In this document: piece by piece, positions 29,345 through 38,141 of the stretch | Numbering within the stretch: the stretch's first letter is position 1 | Layout of the letters: the number at the start of each line of letters is the position of its first letter | Sequence record: DRR723986_6299 | Length of the DNA: 38,141 nucleotides | Strand: one strand, 5' to 3' | Notes under the pieces: model-generated | What the model saw: only the letters and a program-made list of their open reading frames with translations | The model's database searches: none | What the model was told of the DNA's origin: nothing | Translations under genes and position numbers: made by a program

Positions 29345-30202
29345 ATGAGCGGATGGAGTGACACCTGGACCTGGATCGACGGGACTTGGCACGAGGGCAA
29401 TCCGCCGATCATGGGCCCGCGCACACACGCTTCCTGGCTCGGTTCCAGCGTTTTTGACGGCGCCCGCTTCTTTGAAGGTGTGATGCCGGACATCGATCTC
29501 CACTGCAAACGCGTCAACGACAGTGCCGTGGCGCTGGGCATGAAGCCGACCATGAAGGTTGGTGAAATGGTCGAACTCACCAAGGAAGGCTGCGCCAAAT
29601 TCGGTGGTGACCAGCAGATCTACGTCAAACCCATGTACTGGGTCGAAAGTGACGGACCCGGGGTGATCGTGGGCGATCCGGACAGCACGCGGTTCTGCCT
29701 GTGCCTGTTCGATGCGCCGATGGCACCCAAGGATGCGGCGATGAGCATCACGCTGTCTCCGTTCCGCCGACCGACTGTTGAATGCATGCCTGTCAACGCC
29801 AAGGCCGGCTGCCTTTATCCCAACAATGCGAGAGCGATGCTGGAGGCCAAGGGGCGCGGCTTCGACAACGCGGTCGTTCGCGACATGCTGGGCAATGTCG
29901 CTGAACTGACATCGGCCAATATCTTCATGGCCAAGGAAGGCAAGGTACACACGCCGGTTCCCAACGGCACCTTCCTGAACGGCATTACCCGTCAGCGCGT
30001 CATTCAGCTGCTGCGGTCCGTTGGCTATGACGTTTTCGAGCGCACCATGGACTATGGCGAATTCCTGGAAGCCGACGAGATCTTCTCGACCGGGAACTAC
30101 AGCAAGGTAACGCCGGTCAAGCGGATCGAGGAACGCGACCTGCAGCCTGGTCCGATCGCGGCTCGCGCAAGAGAACTCTACTGGGAATTCTCCCACGCCT
30201 GA
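29345..30202 (+). CDS. ilvE: Branched-chain amino acid aminotransferase (PLP fold IV)
   Basis: SVFDGARFFEG, catalytic Lys in KAGCLYPN, ELTSANIF, FLNGITRQ, ADEIFSTGN. Confidence 0.88.
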   Translation: MSGWSDTWTWIDGTWHEGNPPIMGPRTHASWLGSSVFDGARFFEGVMPDIDLHCKRVNDSAVALGMKPTMKVGEMVELTKEGCAKFGGDQQIYVKPMYWVESDGPGVIVGDPDSTRFCLCLFDAPMAPKDAAMSITLSPFRRPTVECMPVNAKAGCLYPNNARAMLEAKGRGFDNAVVRDMLGNVAELTSANIFMAKEGKVHTPVPNGTFLNGITRQRVIQLLRSVGYDVFERTMDYGEFLEADEIFSTGNYSKVTPVKRIEERDLQPGPIAARARELYWEFSHA

Positions 30203-30212
30203 GTGGGGAGTG

Positions 30213-31403
30213 TCATCTGACGACCAGTGCCGCGGCTACCACAAGCGCCGCGGCGGCTGCCAGGGATGAAGCAGTAAAGGACCCGGTCAGATGGTGCATC
30301 TGACCGGCAACCCAGGGCCCGGCCATCTGCCCGACGCCAAAGCTTGCCGTCAGTACCGCAAGCATCTGACGGATTGCTGCCGGTCCGTCCCGGCTGACTT
30401 CGCGCCGTGCCTCCATCAGGCCAAGCGCAGTGATACCCATGAAGGTTGCCCCGAGGAGTGCTGCTCCGAAGAGGAAGAGCCCAGGCGCTGTGCTCACCGC
30501 CGTCAAGGCAACCCCTGCCGCTTCCAGTACGCAGGCAAGAGCGAAGCCCTTTCGAGTGCCCATGCGGGCGGCAATCCTGTTCCAGACGTAAATTGAAGGT
30601 GCAGCGCACAGCCCAACTGTCAACCAGACGAAGGCTTCGGTTGATTGAAGCGCCGGATTGGCGCGTGCGATCGTATTGACGAAGGTCGCGGTGATGACAT
30701 AGCCGAAACCGAACAGACCGTAGGCCAGAATGAGGCGGATGCGACTGGCAGAGCCAAACGGAGATGCCGGCGGAGATGCCGGGGCTTCGTCGGGGGAGCT
30801 TTGCGCAGGTGTGGTGACCGGCTGGCAAGACGGCTCGGACGGCACCAGAAATGCAGCCACCAGAAGAAAGCAAAGCGTGGCAGCGCCACTGGCCAGCCAG
30901 AGCCCACGCCAGTCTGCCCCCAGATGCGCCAGGAGGGCAACCAGAACGGCGGAAAAGGAAATGCCGCAGCCGACCCCGGCAAAGTGGAGGGCGCTCAAGC
31001 CGCCGCGACCGGCTGCCGTCAGCCGCTCCAGGATCAGGCTGGTTGAAAAGACCAGCGCAAAGGCGCTTGCGACGCCGCTGGCGAAGCGGATCAACAGAAA
31101 CAGAGACAGGGAGGTGGTCAGCGCCATGGCGGCACTGGTCAGGGCGCTGGCAAGAAGCCCACCGAGAAACCACAGCCGGGGATTACCGGGCAGGGACCTT
31201 GAGGCGCCGGCAAGAGCTCCGGCCAGGTATCCGAGAAAATTCGCGGACGCGATCAGGCCGGCATCATCGGGCGGCAACTGCAGGCCGTCGGTCATGAAGG
31301 GCAGGATAGGGGTATAGACGAACCGGCCGATGCCCATCGCGGCAGCAAGGGCGAGCAGACCACCGAAAGCCAATGCGGCAGGAGAGCGCGAGATGGGTGA
31401 CAT
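30213..31403 (-). CDS. YbfB/YjiJ family MFS transporter
   Basis: AMGIGRFVYTPILP, ASANFLGYLAGA, YGLFGFGYVITATF, GATFMGIT, FGVGQMAGP. Confidence 0.92.
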   Translation of the reverse strand: MSPISRSPAALAFGGLLALAAAMGIGRFVYTPILPFMTDGLQLPPDDAGLIASANFLGYLAGALAGASRSLPGNPRLWFLGGLLASALTSAAMALTTSLSLFLLIRFASGVASAFALVFSTSLILERLTAAGRGGLSALHFAGVGCGISFSAVLVALLAHLGADWRGLWLASGAATLCFLLVAAFLVPSEPSCQPVTTPAQSSPDEAPASPPASPFGSASRIRLILAYGLFGFGYVITATFVNTIARANPALQSTEAFVWLTVGLCAAPSIYVWNRIAARMGTRKGFALACVLEAAGVALTAVSTAPGLFLFGAALLGATFMGITALGLMEARREVSRDGPAAIRQMLAVLTASFGVGQMAGPWVAGQMHHLTGSFTASSLAAAAALVVAAALVVR

Positions 31404-31824
31404 GGAGTTCCGGTCGTGAGGCGATAGCTGAAAACTGACATGCAGTCGTTGCTATCTTGCACGATCGCTCTGCTTTGTCATTTCCAGGAACGCGTTGAAG
31501 TAGGGTTGGTGCAGGGCAGGGTGAAGGCGATCAGTTTCCGGTGCGGACACCAGGGGCGACAAGACGAGTATTGGTGCGCATTGCCTTTCGCAGGGCATTG
31601 GTTCGCACCGACTGGACCTTGGAACCGGGAACCCAGGTCATGCAGGCCTTATGGATACAGTCGCAATGAACCATGCTCCACCATAGCAACTGTTCGGGTA
31701 GTCGCAGGTCTTGTCGTTACATCATCAAATCCAGTTGTTTTAGCATTCGTCGAGATCACTGCCGTTTCAGAGCCTGGTCTGAGAGGTGATGGTGGTAGCA
31801 GGGAGAATGTTTCTTGAGAGAAGA

Positions 31825-31960
31825 AGTGATATTTTCTACTTATTATTTAATATAATACTATATATAAATTAAATATTGATCGAAATATACTGAATATTAT
31901 TAGGTGATTCTATATTGTTTAAGTGTTTTCATTAAAAATGACGATGCTTTTCTTTGGAAA
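31825..31960. other. Extremely AT-rich non-coding patch
   Basis: Hand count of 13 G+C in 90 nt (about 14%) over 31831-31920 in an otherwise GC-rich window. Confidence 0.9.
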
Positions 31961-32201
31961 ATTACTGATCACATTCTCGTGAATGGTGCAACTGCAGTCG
32001 TGTGGACGCGTTCCCCTCGTGGGAAGTGTCAATGGCAGATCGTACGTCCTAAAATAAAAAGAAAAAATTTCTTTATTTTGGGGATCGGCGCTTGCCGTGA
32101 CGGCCCAGCAATCCTATTTTGCCGCTCGACGCGGCCTTTCCTGAATTCATTCTTGAGGCAGGAATGTCGCCGCCGGTCACCGACCTTTTAAGGAGTTTGT
32201 C

Positions 32202-32804
32202 ATGTCTTTCGAATTGCCTGACCTGCCGTATGCATATGACGCGCTGGCCCCTTACATGTCTGCTGAAACTCTCGAGTTTCACCACGACAAGCACCACCAG
32301 GCCTATGTCACCAAAGGCAACGAGCTGCTCGCCGGCAGCGGCCTGGAAGGCAAGTCCCTGGAAGAAATCGTGAAGGAAAGCTTCGGCAAGAACGCTCCGC
32401 TGTTCAACAATGCCGGTCAGCACTACAACCACATTCACTTCTGGAAGTGGATGAAGAAAGACGGTGGCGGCAGCTCGCTTCCGGGTGCGCTGGCTTCCGC
32501 TATCGACAGTGATCTTGGTGGTTTCGACAAGTTCCGCGCCGACTTCATCGCCGCAGGTGTTGGCCAGTTCGGCTCCGGTTGGGCCTGGCTCGCAGTCAAG
32601 GACGGCAAGCTGGAAATCATGAAGACCCCGAACGGTGAAAACCCGCTGGTACACGGCGCCGCGCCGATTCTCGGCTGCGATGTGTGGGAACACTCCTATT
32701 ACATTGACTACCGCAATGCGCGTCCGAAGTACCTCGAAGCTTTCATCGACAGCATGGTCAACTGGGACTACGTGCTGGAAATGTACGAAGCTGCAACGAA
32801 GTAA
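32202..32804 (+). CDS. sodB: Fe/Mn superoxide dismutase (Fe-type signature)
   Basis: HHDKHH, FNNAGQHYNH, QFGSGWAWL, DVWEHSYY; AAGGAG SD. Confidence 0.97.
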   Translation: MSFELPDLPYAYDALAPYMSAETLEFHHDKHHQAYVTKGNELLAGSGLEGKSLEEIVKESFGKNAPLFNNAGQHYNHIHFWKWMKKDGGGSSLPGALASAIDSDLGGFDKFRADFIAAGVGQFGSGWAWLAVKDGKLEIMKTPNGENPLVHGAAPILGCDVWEHSYYIDYRNARPKYLEAFIDSMVNWDYVLEMYEAATK

Positions 32805-32827
32805 TTCGGGAAACATCCCGTTTTGCG

Positions 32828-32858
32828 AAACCCCGGCCTGGAAAGGCCGGGGTTTTTT
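32828..32858 (+). terminator. Rho-independent terminator of sodB
   Basis: AAACCCCGGCC-TGGAAA-GGCCGGGGTTT continuing into a T6 tract. Confidence 0.9.
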
Positions 32859-33004
32859 GTTTGGCTGTTTCGTCAGCGTTGACGCTGTGTTCACCGAACA
32901 TGGCGCACTTCACGCGACCGTGATTTTCAGACCGAGCGGTACATGGGCTGTACTCGCACTGGTGAATCATTGCCGAAGGCAATTTCCACGAGAGGGAGAG
33001 AACG

Positions 33005-33466
33005 ATGCGAATGATCAAATCGGCTGTTGTATTGGGTCTTGCGGCCGGGATTGGCCTTGCCGGTTCCATTGCTCAGGCGTCTGACGATCCGATTGCGACC
33101 CGGCAGGCCATCATGTCGTCGGTCGGCGCGGCCGCCGGGCTCGGTGGAGGCCTGATGAAAGGGGAGATCGCCTATACTCCTGCTGCCGGTAAGGCTGCCA
33201 TCGCAACCATGAATGCAGCAGCCCTGACATTCGGAGACTATTTCCCTGCAGGTTCCGATCAGGGTGAAACCGGTGCCGCTGCCGCCATTTGGGAAAATCC
33301 GGACGGATTTTCCGCTGAGCTGGCCAAGTTTGCGGACGCGACTTCAAAAGCCTTCGAAGCATCCGGCAAGGACGGTCCTGCGGATGTCGAGGCTTTTAAG
33401 GCTGCGATGGGCCCCGTGTTCGGCTCTTGCAAATCGTGCCACGAAACTTACCGTAAGAAAAACTGA
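33005..33466 (+). CDS. Class II cytochrome c (c'/c556-type)
   Basis: Signal peptide AQA, RQAIM (candidate axial Met), IWENPDGF, C-terminal CKSCH..YR. Confidence 0.93.
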   Translation: MRMIKSAVVLGLAAGIGLAGSIAQASDDPIATRQAIMSSVGAAAGLGGGLMKGEIAYTPAAGKAAIATMNAAALTFGDYFPAGSDQGETGAAAAIWENPDGFSAELAKFADATSKAFEASGKDGPADVEAFKAAMGPVFGSCKSCHETYRKKN

Positions 33467-33609
33467 CCGGCGGCATTCCGGGGTCTACCGCAAACAGACT
33501 GCAACAGGCAGGCTCCAGACTGTGAGACAGATCAGCGGCTTTTCACCCGGTCCGGGTTGAAGAGCCGCTGTTTTGGCGTTTCGGTGCCAGGAAGACCCAG
33601 GGAGACCTC

Positions 33610-34542
33610 ATGAAAAAGGCTGTCATCGTCCTCGTCGTTCTTGCCTTTGTTGCGGCAGGTGCGGGTTGGTTCCTGTCCGCGCCGACGAAGCTGAGCGAAG
33701 CCCAGCTTGCCGCCATTGCGGAAGGGGATGCGTCGCAAGGAGAACTTGTATTCTGGGCCGGCGGCTGCACGTCCTGCCATGCGGCCAAAGATGCTGCGGG
33801 AGACGAAAAGCTGAAGCTTGGCGGAGGCCTTCGCCTGGAGACGCCGTTCGGGGTGTTTGTTGCCCCGAACATTTCGCCCAGCACGGCAGACGGTATCGGA
33901 GCCTGGTCGCTTGCTGATTTCGCCAATGCCATGACGCATGGCACATCGCCGGACGGGCAAAACTATTACCCGGCGTTCCCTTACACTTCCTATGCCCGCA
34001 TGTCTGGCGAAGACATCGGCAATCTATTTGCCTTCATGAAAACGCTGCCGTCCGTCAACGGCAAGACGCCACCTCATGAGCTCGGTTTCCCGTTCAATAT
34101 CCGTCGGGGGTTGGGGCTGTGGAAACGGCTGTTCCTGGATCCGTCACCCGTCATAGCCGCCCCTTCAAGCGGGAACGAGGTCGACGCTACCCTTTGGGAC
34201 CGCGGGCGGTATCTGGTGGAAGGGCCTGGCCACTGCGGTGAATGCCACACGGCTCGAAATCTTGCAGGGGGACTGGATCTGGCGAAATGGCTCGGTGGCG
34301 CACCGGCTCCCACTGGTGAAGGCCGTATTCCGGACATTACGCCGGTAGACGGTGGTTTCGGCAGTTGGAGCGCAAGCGATATTGCCTATTATCTGGAAAG
34401 CGGCTTCACGCCTGAATACGATTCCGTCGGTGGTGAAATGGTGCATGTTCAGGAAAACATGGCCAAGCTTCCTGCCAGTGATCGTGAAGCGATCGCCGCC
34501 TACCTGAAAGCTATCCCGCCCGTTGCGCCGACAGCCAACTGA
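33610..34542 (+). CDS. Membrane-anchored diheme c-type cytochrome (CycG-like)
   Basis: N-terminal TM; two CxxCH motifs (CTSCH, CGECH); APNISP, YYPAFPYTSY, RGRYLVEG.GHC. Confidence 0.93.
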   Translation: MKKAVIVLVVLAFVAAGAGWFLSAPTKLSEAQLAAIAEGDASQGELVFWAGGCTSCHAAKDAAGDEKLKLGGGLRLETPFGVFVAPNISPSTADGIGAWSLADFANAMTHGTSPDGQNYYPAFPYTSYARMSGEDIGNLFAFMKTLPSVNGKTPPHELGFPFNIRRGLGLWKRLFLDPSPVIAAPSSGNEVDATLWDRGRYLVEGPGHCGECHTARNLAGGLDLAKWLGGAPAPTGEGRIPDITPVDGGFGSWSASDIAYYLESGFTPEYDSVGGEMVHVQENMAKLPASDREAIAAYLKAIPPVAPTAN

Positions 34543-34570
34543 CGACATCACGCGGACCTTTTGTCATTCC

Positions 34571-35062
34571 ATGATTCAATCGCAGCAAATCTCGATCGTA
34601 CCCGTTTCAACCGAAAACGACCTGGCCCCGATCCGGCACCTGTTTCGGGCCTATGTCGACTGGCTCGGCATCGACCTTTCCTACCAGGGCTTTGAAGAAG
34701 AGCTTGCAGGTCTGCCGGGGAAATACGCGCCGCCGTCCGGGGCGCTTTTCCTGGCAAAAGATGGGGAAGGCTCGGTTTTCGGTTGTGTTGGCCTGCGGGC
34801 GTTCGGAAAAGACGGTGCGTGTGAAATGAAGCGGCTTTACGTCCTGCCGGACGGACGCGGCAAGGGTGTGGGTGGTGCGCTGGTGGAGGCTGTAATCGCA
34901 GCGGCGGTTGCCGCCGGCTACCGGGAGATGCTGCTGGACACGCTGCCAAGCATGACGGGTGCCATCAAACTCTATGAAGCTGCGGGGTTTGAGCAAGTTG
35001 GCGCCTATTACGATACGCCGATCCTGGAGACGGTTTTCTTCAGAAAGCAACTGAACGGGTAA
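34571..35062 (+). CDS. GNAT N-acetyltransferase
   Basis: ELAGLPGKY.PP.G, CEMKRLYV, GRGKGVG, LDTLPSM..AIKLY...GF. Confidence 0.93.
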   Translation: MIQSQQISIVPVSTENDLAPIRHLFRAYVDWLGIDLSYQGFEEELAGLPGKYAPPSGALFLAKDGEGSVFGCVGLRAFGKDGACEMKRLYVLPDGRGKGVGGALVEAVIAAAVAAGYREMLLDTLPSMTGAIKLYEAAGFEQVGAYYDTPILETVFFRKQLNG

Positions 35063-35081
35063 ACAACTGACGCTTTCAAAC

Positions 35082-35104
35082 AAAACCACCTGCGAGCAGG
35101 TGGT
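35082..35104. terminator. Hairpin between the convergent GNAT and Rid genes
   Basis: ACCACCTGC-GA-GCAGGTGGT preceded by an A run. Confidence 0.5.
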
Positions 35105-35257
35105 CAAGTTTCACTTTTTATTATTGGGTCGTTTTGCCCGTGCACAGTTATTCGAGAAATTGGAACGCGTATCTCCAGAAAGTTGTAGAGCCGGTCCATT
35201 GCTATTCAACTAAGGGATAATACGTATTTCTCAATCCGGTTGCAAGTCGTTCATCGA

Positions 35258-35632
35258 TCAGGTTGCAATGATCGCTTCAACTTCGACCCTCAGCTGTGGG
35301 TGAAACAGTGCGGCAACACAGACCAGCGAGCTAGCAGGAACCTCATTTTCATAGAGTTCTGCAAGGGCTGACCGGATTTCCGGCAAGTCGGTCATGTCGG
35401 TGACGAACACGGTTACTTTCACCAGATCTTTCAGTGATCTTCCGTAGTAGGCAGCGATCGTGTTCAACTGAGCGAACACCGCCCTGATTTGCGGGCCGGC
35501 CGAATCGGCCTGAGCAGGTGTGCCGAAAGCTGTGAAACCGGATGTATAGACTGTCTGTCCATGCCGAACGGCGTGGGTATAGGGGCCGGCCGGCAGGCCC
35601 AGTTCCTCGAAATTCTGTCGGGCAAGAGGCAT
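35258..35632 (-). CDS. Rid (YjgF/YER057c/UK114) family protein
   Basis: GPYTHAV, VYTSG, LVKVTVFVTDM, PASSLV.V.AL.HP.LRVEVEAI; AAGGA SD. Confidence 0.9.
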   Translation of the reverse strand: MPLARQNFEELGLPAGPYTHAVRHGQTVYTSGFTAFGTPAQADSAGPQIRAVFAQLNTIAAYYGRSLKDLVKVTVFVTDMTDLPEIRSALAELYENEVPASSLVCVAALFHPQLRVEVEAIIAT

Positions 35633-35649
35633 TATTTTTCCTTTTCTGA

Positions 35650-35868
35650 TTACGGCAGGCGGGCTGAAAGGAACAGCGTTGCCCTTTGCACGGGCGGGCC
35701 AAGAAAGAAGGCGATGACGGCAGCGGCGGGCCATGCCAGGCGAAAGGCATTCATCCATTGCCAGAAGAACCTGTCGCTCCAGCCGAGGTTCAGGAATGTG
35801 ACCCAGCACGACATCAAGAGCGACAGCCCCAGCGACATCAGCAACGTCGCGATCAATCGGTTCTTCAT
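35650..35868 (-). CDS. DUF2798 small membrane protein
   Basis: LLMS..LSLLMSCWVTFLNLG...F..QWMNAF.LAWPAA. Confidence 0.85.
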   Translation of the reverse strand: MKNRLIATLLMSLGLSLLMSCWVTFLNLGWSDRFFWQWMNAFRLAWPAAAVIAFFLGPPVQRATLFLSARLP

Positions 35869-35874
35869 GACTGA

Positions 35875-36183
35875 CTACCTTTCGATCGCTTCGCTGGTGC
35901 CGATTTCGCCCAGTTCTTCAATGTAGCTGACCTGTGTCAGGTTCTGCGCGAGATAGGCCTTGGTGTGCGGCATTTCGAAATGGGCGGCCAGGGCGTCCTT
36001 GTCTGTCCAGCTTTCCCACAAGGTGAACTTGTCGGGATCCTGCAGGTTCTGCCGGATTTCAAAGAAATTGCAGCCGGGTTCGTGTTGGGTTTCAGCCACA
36101 AGTCGGCGCAGTTCCGTCTCTGCCCTGGTCCGCTCCGCACCCTGTTGCAGTTCGATACCAGCGCTGATGAAGTAATTGCCCAT
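35875..36183 (-). CDS. ABM (putative quinol monooxygenase) family protein
   Basis: T.HEPGC.FF, F.LWESWTD.DAL.AHF..PH; GGAG SD. Confidence 0.9.
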   Translation of the reverse strand: MGNYFISAGIELQQGAERTRAETELRRLVAETQHEPGCNFFEIRQNLQDPDKFTLWESWTDKDALAAHFEMPHTKAYLAQNLTQVSYIEELGEIGTSEAIER

Positions 36184-36282
36184 GAGTGTCTCCGTTGCGT
36201 TTAAGGACGAAGACAGACTTATTGATTTCTCTAATCTCAATCTATATCGAATAACGAGAGTTTAAATTTTGAAAATGAAATC

Positions 36283-37209
36283 ATGCTCGACGACATCGCC
36301 TTGTTCGTTCATATCGCGCGTAATCGAAGCCTGGCAAAGGCTGCTGCGCATCTCGGATTGCCTGCGGCAACGGTGACCCGGCGCCTGGCGAAGCTGGAGG
36401 AAACCATAGGCACGCAGCTGGTCTTCCGCTCCGCGCGGAAGTTCGGTCTGACGGTGGCGGGTGAGGCGTATTTCGAGGCCTTTGCCGACCTGGTTCAAAA
36501 CGCTGAGACGACATTGGACGGGTTAAGCACCGATCTGCACGGTCTTCGGGGAGCGTTGAAGGTGGCGGCGCCCACCAATATTTCCATCGGTATCCTGCAG
36601 CCCATGTGGTCGGATTTTCTCAAGACCTTTCCGGAGATCCAGCTGACGCTGACGCTTAGCAACGAGAACAAGGATCTGCTGGAACACAGGGTCGATATTG
36701 CCCTCCGAGCCGGACCCCAAACCGATGAGCGGCTTTACCAGAAGCGTCTCGGGGTGGTGGCAACGGTTCTCGTTGCGGCGCCTGCTTATCTTGAACAAGC
36801 GGGTGCCCCGGATAGTCCGGACCAGATCGGCCGGCACAAGGTGGTGCGGGTGTCCACGCTTCCGCAATGGCAACTGACAAATCGGGAAACGGGCTGCCGC
36901 GAGACCGTGCCTGTCGATGCGCGTGTCGTTGTCGATGACATCAGTCTTGCCCGGCAGCTGGCCGGCGACGGTCACGGGCTCGCTCTGTTGCCTGTGAGCG
37001 AGATTTCCGATGACCTGATTTCAGGCCGCCTCACACCTGTGCTCGCAGACTGGCAAGGGCAGCAACGGGATATCTTTGCGGTATGGCCCACCGGGCGGCT
37101 GCTCAATGCCCGGGCGCGCTGCCTGCTTGATTACATGGAACCGTTCATGGCAGCGCTTCCCGTGTTTCAGGGGACTGTCGTCCAGCGTGATCCTGTAAGA
37201 TCCGCTTGA
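36283..37209 (+). CDS. LysR-type regulator (CrgA/DmlR-like)
   Basis: SLAKAAAHLGL..ATVTRRLAKLEE.IG..L..RSAR...LT..GE; GALKVAAP; DLLEHRVDIALRAG. Confidence 0.95.
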   Translation: MLDDIALFVHIARNRSLAKAAAHLGLPAATVTRRLAKLEETIGTQLVFRSARKFGLTVAGEAYFEAFADLVQNAETTLDGLSTDLHGLRGALKVAAPTNISIGILQPMWSDFLKTFPEIQLTLTLSNENKDLLEHRVDIALRAGPQTDERLYQKRLGVVATVLVAAPAYLEQAGAPDSPDQIGRHKVVRVSTLPQWQLTNRETGCRETVPVDARVVVDDISLARQLAGDGHGLALLPVSEISDDLISGRLTPVLADWQGQQRDIFAVWPTGRLLNARARCLLDYMEPFMAALPVFQGTVVQRDPVRSA

Positions 37210-37213
37210 TGTC

Positions 37214-37612
37214 CTACGCAGTGTAGGGATTGCAGCGGATGTAGCGCGGCTGATCGATGTAGCTGGACATGACCGCAAGCCATGCGTTGCATTCGCCTTG
37301 AGTCTTGAAGCAACCGGCCTGGGAAATGATGTATTTCTGGCTGAAATTGAAGACCTTGCCACCGGCAATGCCTTTCCAGCCGCTGCCGGTAAAGGTGCGG
37401 CAGTCATAAGCTGTGTTGTAGGTGCTGGGAATGTCCTGCCGGTTCTTGGTGAAGGTAGGGGAGAACAGCAGCGTTTCCACCACATTGCCGCCGGTCGTGT
37501 CGTAGGACTGGCATGCGGCAAGGCTCAGCGTGGCGGCCATGACCGGAACCAGGCGCAACCCCTTTTTCAGCCCATCAGCAAGGCGGTGTGGAAGTGTGCG
37601 GTAGCAGGTCAT
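37214..37612 (-). CDS. Hypothetical Cys-containing lipoprotein
   Basis: Lipobox LAA-C; host-like codon usage; four further Cys in the mature part; start uncertain. Confidence 0.65.
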   Translation of the reverse strand: MTCYRTLPHRLADGLKKGLRLVPVMAATLSLAACQSYDTTGGNVVETLLFSPTFTKNRQDIPSTYNTAYDCRTFTGSGWKGIAGGKVFNFSQKYIISQAGCFKTQGECNAWLAVMSSYIDQPRYIRCNPYTA

Positions 37613-37816
37613 CACGGGCTCCAGTGAACAGCATCGGTACGGTCCAGGACCGTTCAATTGATTGATTTGCAACAACTCTCACATGAGCCGAAGACTTGGT
37701 CAAAATCAAGTCACGTTCGCTCGGGTGGTACCCGCAAGGGCGTGTGAAAGGAATTTAGGTTCCCGGGCGTGCGAACTGCTCCGCACGCCCGGAAAATCCT
37801 CGGGTCTGACGAGGTG

Positions 37817-38141
37817 TCAGGCCTTGTCGGTCACCAAAAGGGCAAAGGCCTGGGTTTCGGCGACTTCCTTCAGCCGGTCGAAACGGCCGGAAGCGCCGCC
37901 ATGACCAGCTTCCATGTTGGTTTTCAGCATCAGCAGCTTTTCACCTGTGCCGGTTGCCCGCAGCTTGGCAACCCATTTGGCCGGCTCCCAGTAGGTCACG
38001 CGCGGATCGGTCAATCCGCCTACCGCCAGGATGGCAGGATAGGCCTTTGCCTCGACGTTGTCGTAGGGCGAGTAGGACGCGATGTAATCGTAGGCTGCCT
38101 TGTCCGTGATGGGGTTGCCCCATTCCGGCCATTCCGGCGGC
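37817..38141 (-). CDS. ptrB: Oligopeptidase B (S9 peptidase), 3' fragment; the 5' part lies outside the window
   Basis: EWPEWGNP, YSPYDNV, TDPRVTYWEPAKW (catalytic Asp), AGHGGASGRF (catalytic His). Confidence 0.93.
   Translation of the reverse strand, partial: PPEWPEWGNPITDKAAYDYIASYSPYDNVEAKAYPAILAVGGLTDPRVTYWEPAKWVAKLRATGTGEKLLMLKTNMEAGHGGASGRFDRLKEVAETQAFALLVTDKA

Noticed and set aside
31825..32080. Replication origin or Irr ICE box
   Set aside because: No TTATCCACA-type boxes or rep/par/dnaA/hemE context seen; the inverted repeat does not match TTTAGAA-N3-TTCTAAA.
31440..32191. ORFs 31440-31817 and 31904-32191 as genes
   Set aside because: Atypical composition, no convincing SD and no motifs.

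Overview
This GC-rich (roughly 60% by eye), gene-dense window looks like core chromosome of a marine Hyphomicrobiales/Rhizobiales alphaproteobacterium. A Roseibium/Labrenzia-like origin is an inference from gene content. About 39 CDS are supportable. They include the two-subunit methylmalonyl-CoA mutase and, about 11 kb away, its chaperone MeaB coupled to pyroglutamyl peptidase. Also present are an M20 dipeptidase, a LOG protein, MscS, a CDF transporter, a DUF853 ATPase, a monocarboxylate-type TRAP transporter, L-2-haloacid dehalogenase, a class IV aminotransferase, Fe/Mn SOD, two c-type cytochromes, several small regulator-target modules and the 3' end of oligopeptidase B. I found no transposase, integrase, phage, CRISPR, tRNA, rRNA or recognisable defence system. 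Non-coding structure includes REP-like palindromes, a clear TetR operator array, terminators and one extremely AT-rich patch. The best leads are (1) a 444-aa DctQ with a TM2-like motif and a ~100-aa coiled coil, (2) a NemR-like TetR/exported YHS protein pair with visible operators, (3) a DUF2975/XRE/outer-membrane-barrel module, (4) the unexplained AT-rich, structured gap upstream of sodB, and (5) several proteins with degenerate active sites. All family calls come from motif recognition, not database searches, and none of these leads is demonstrably novel from sequence alone.
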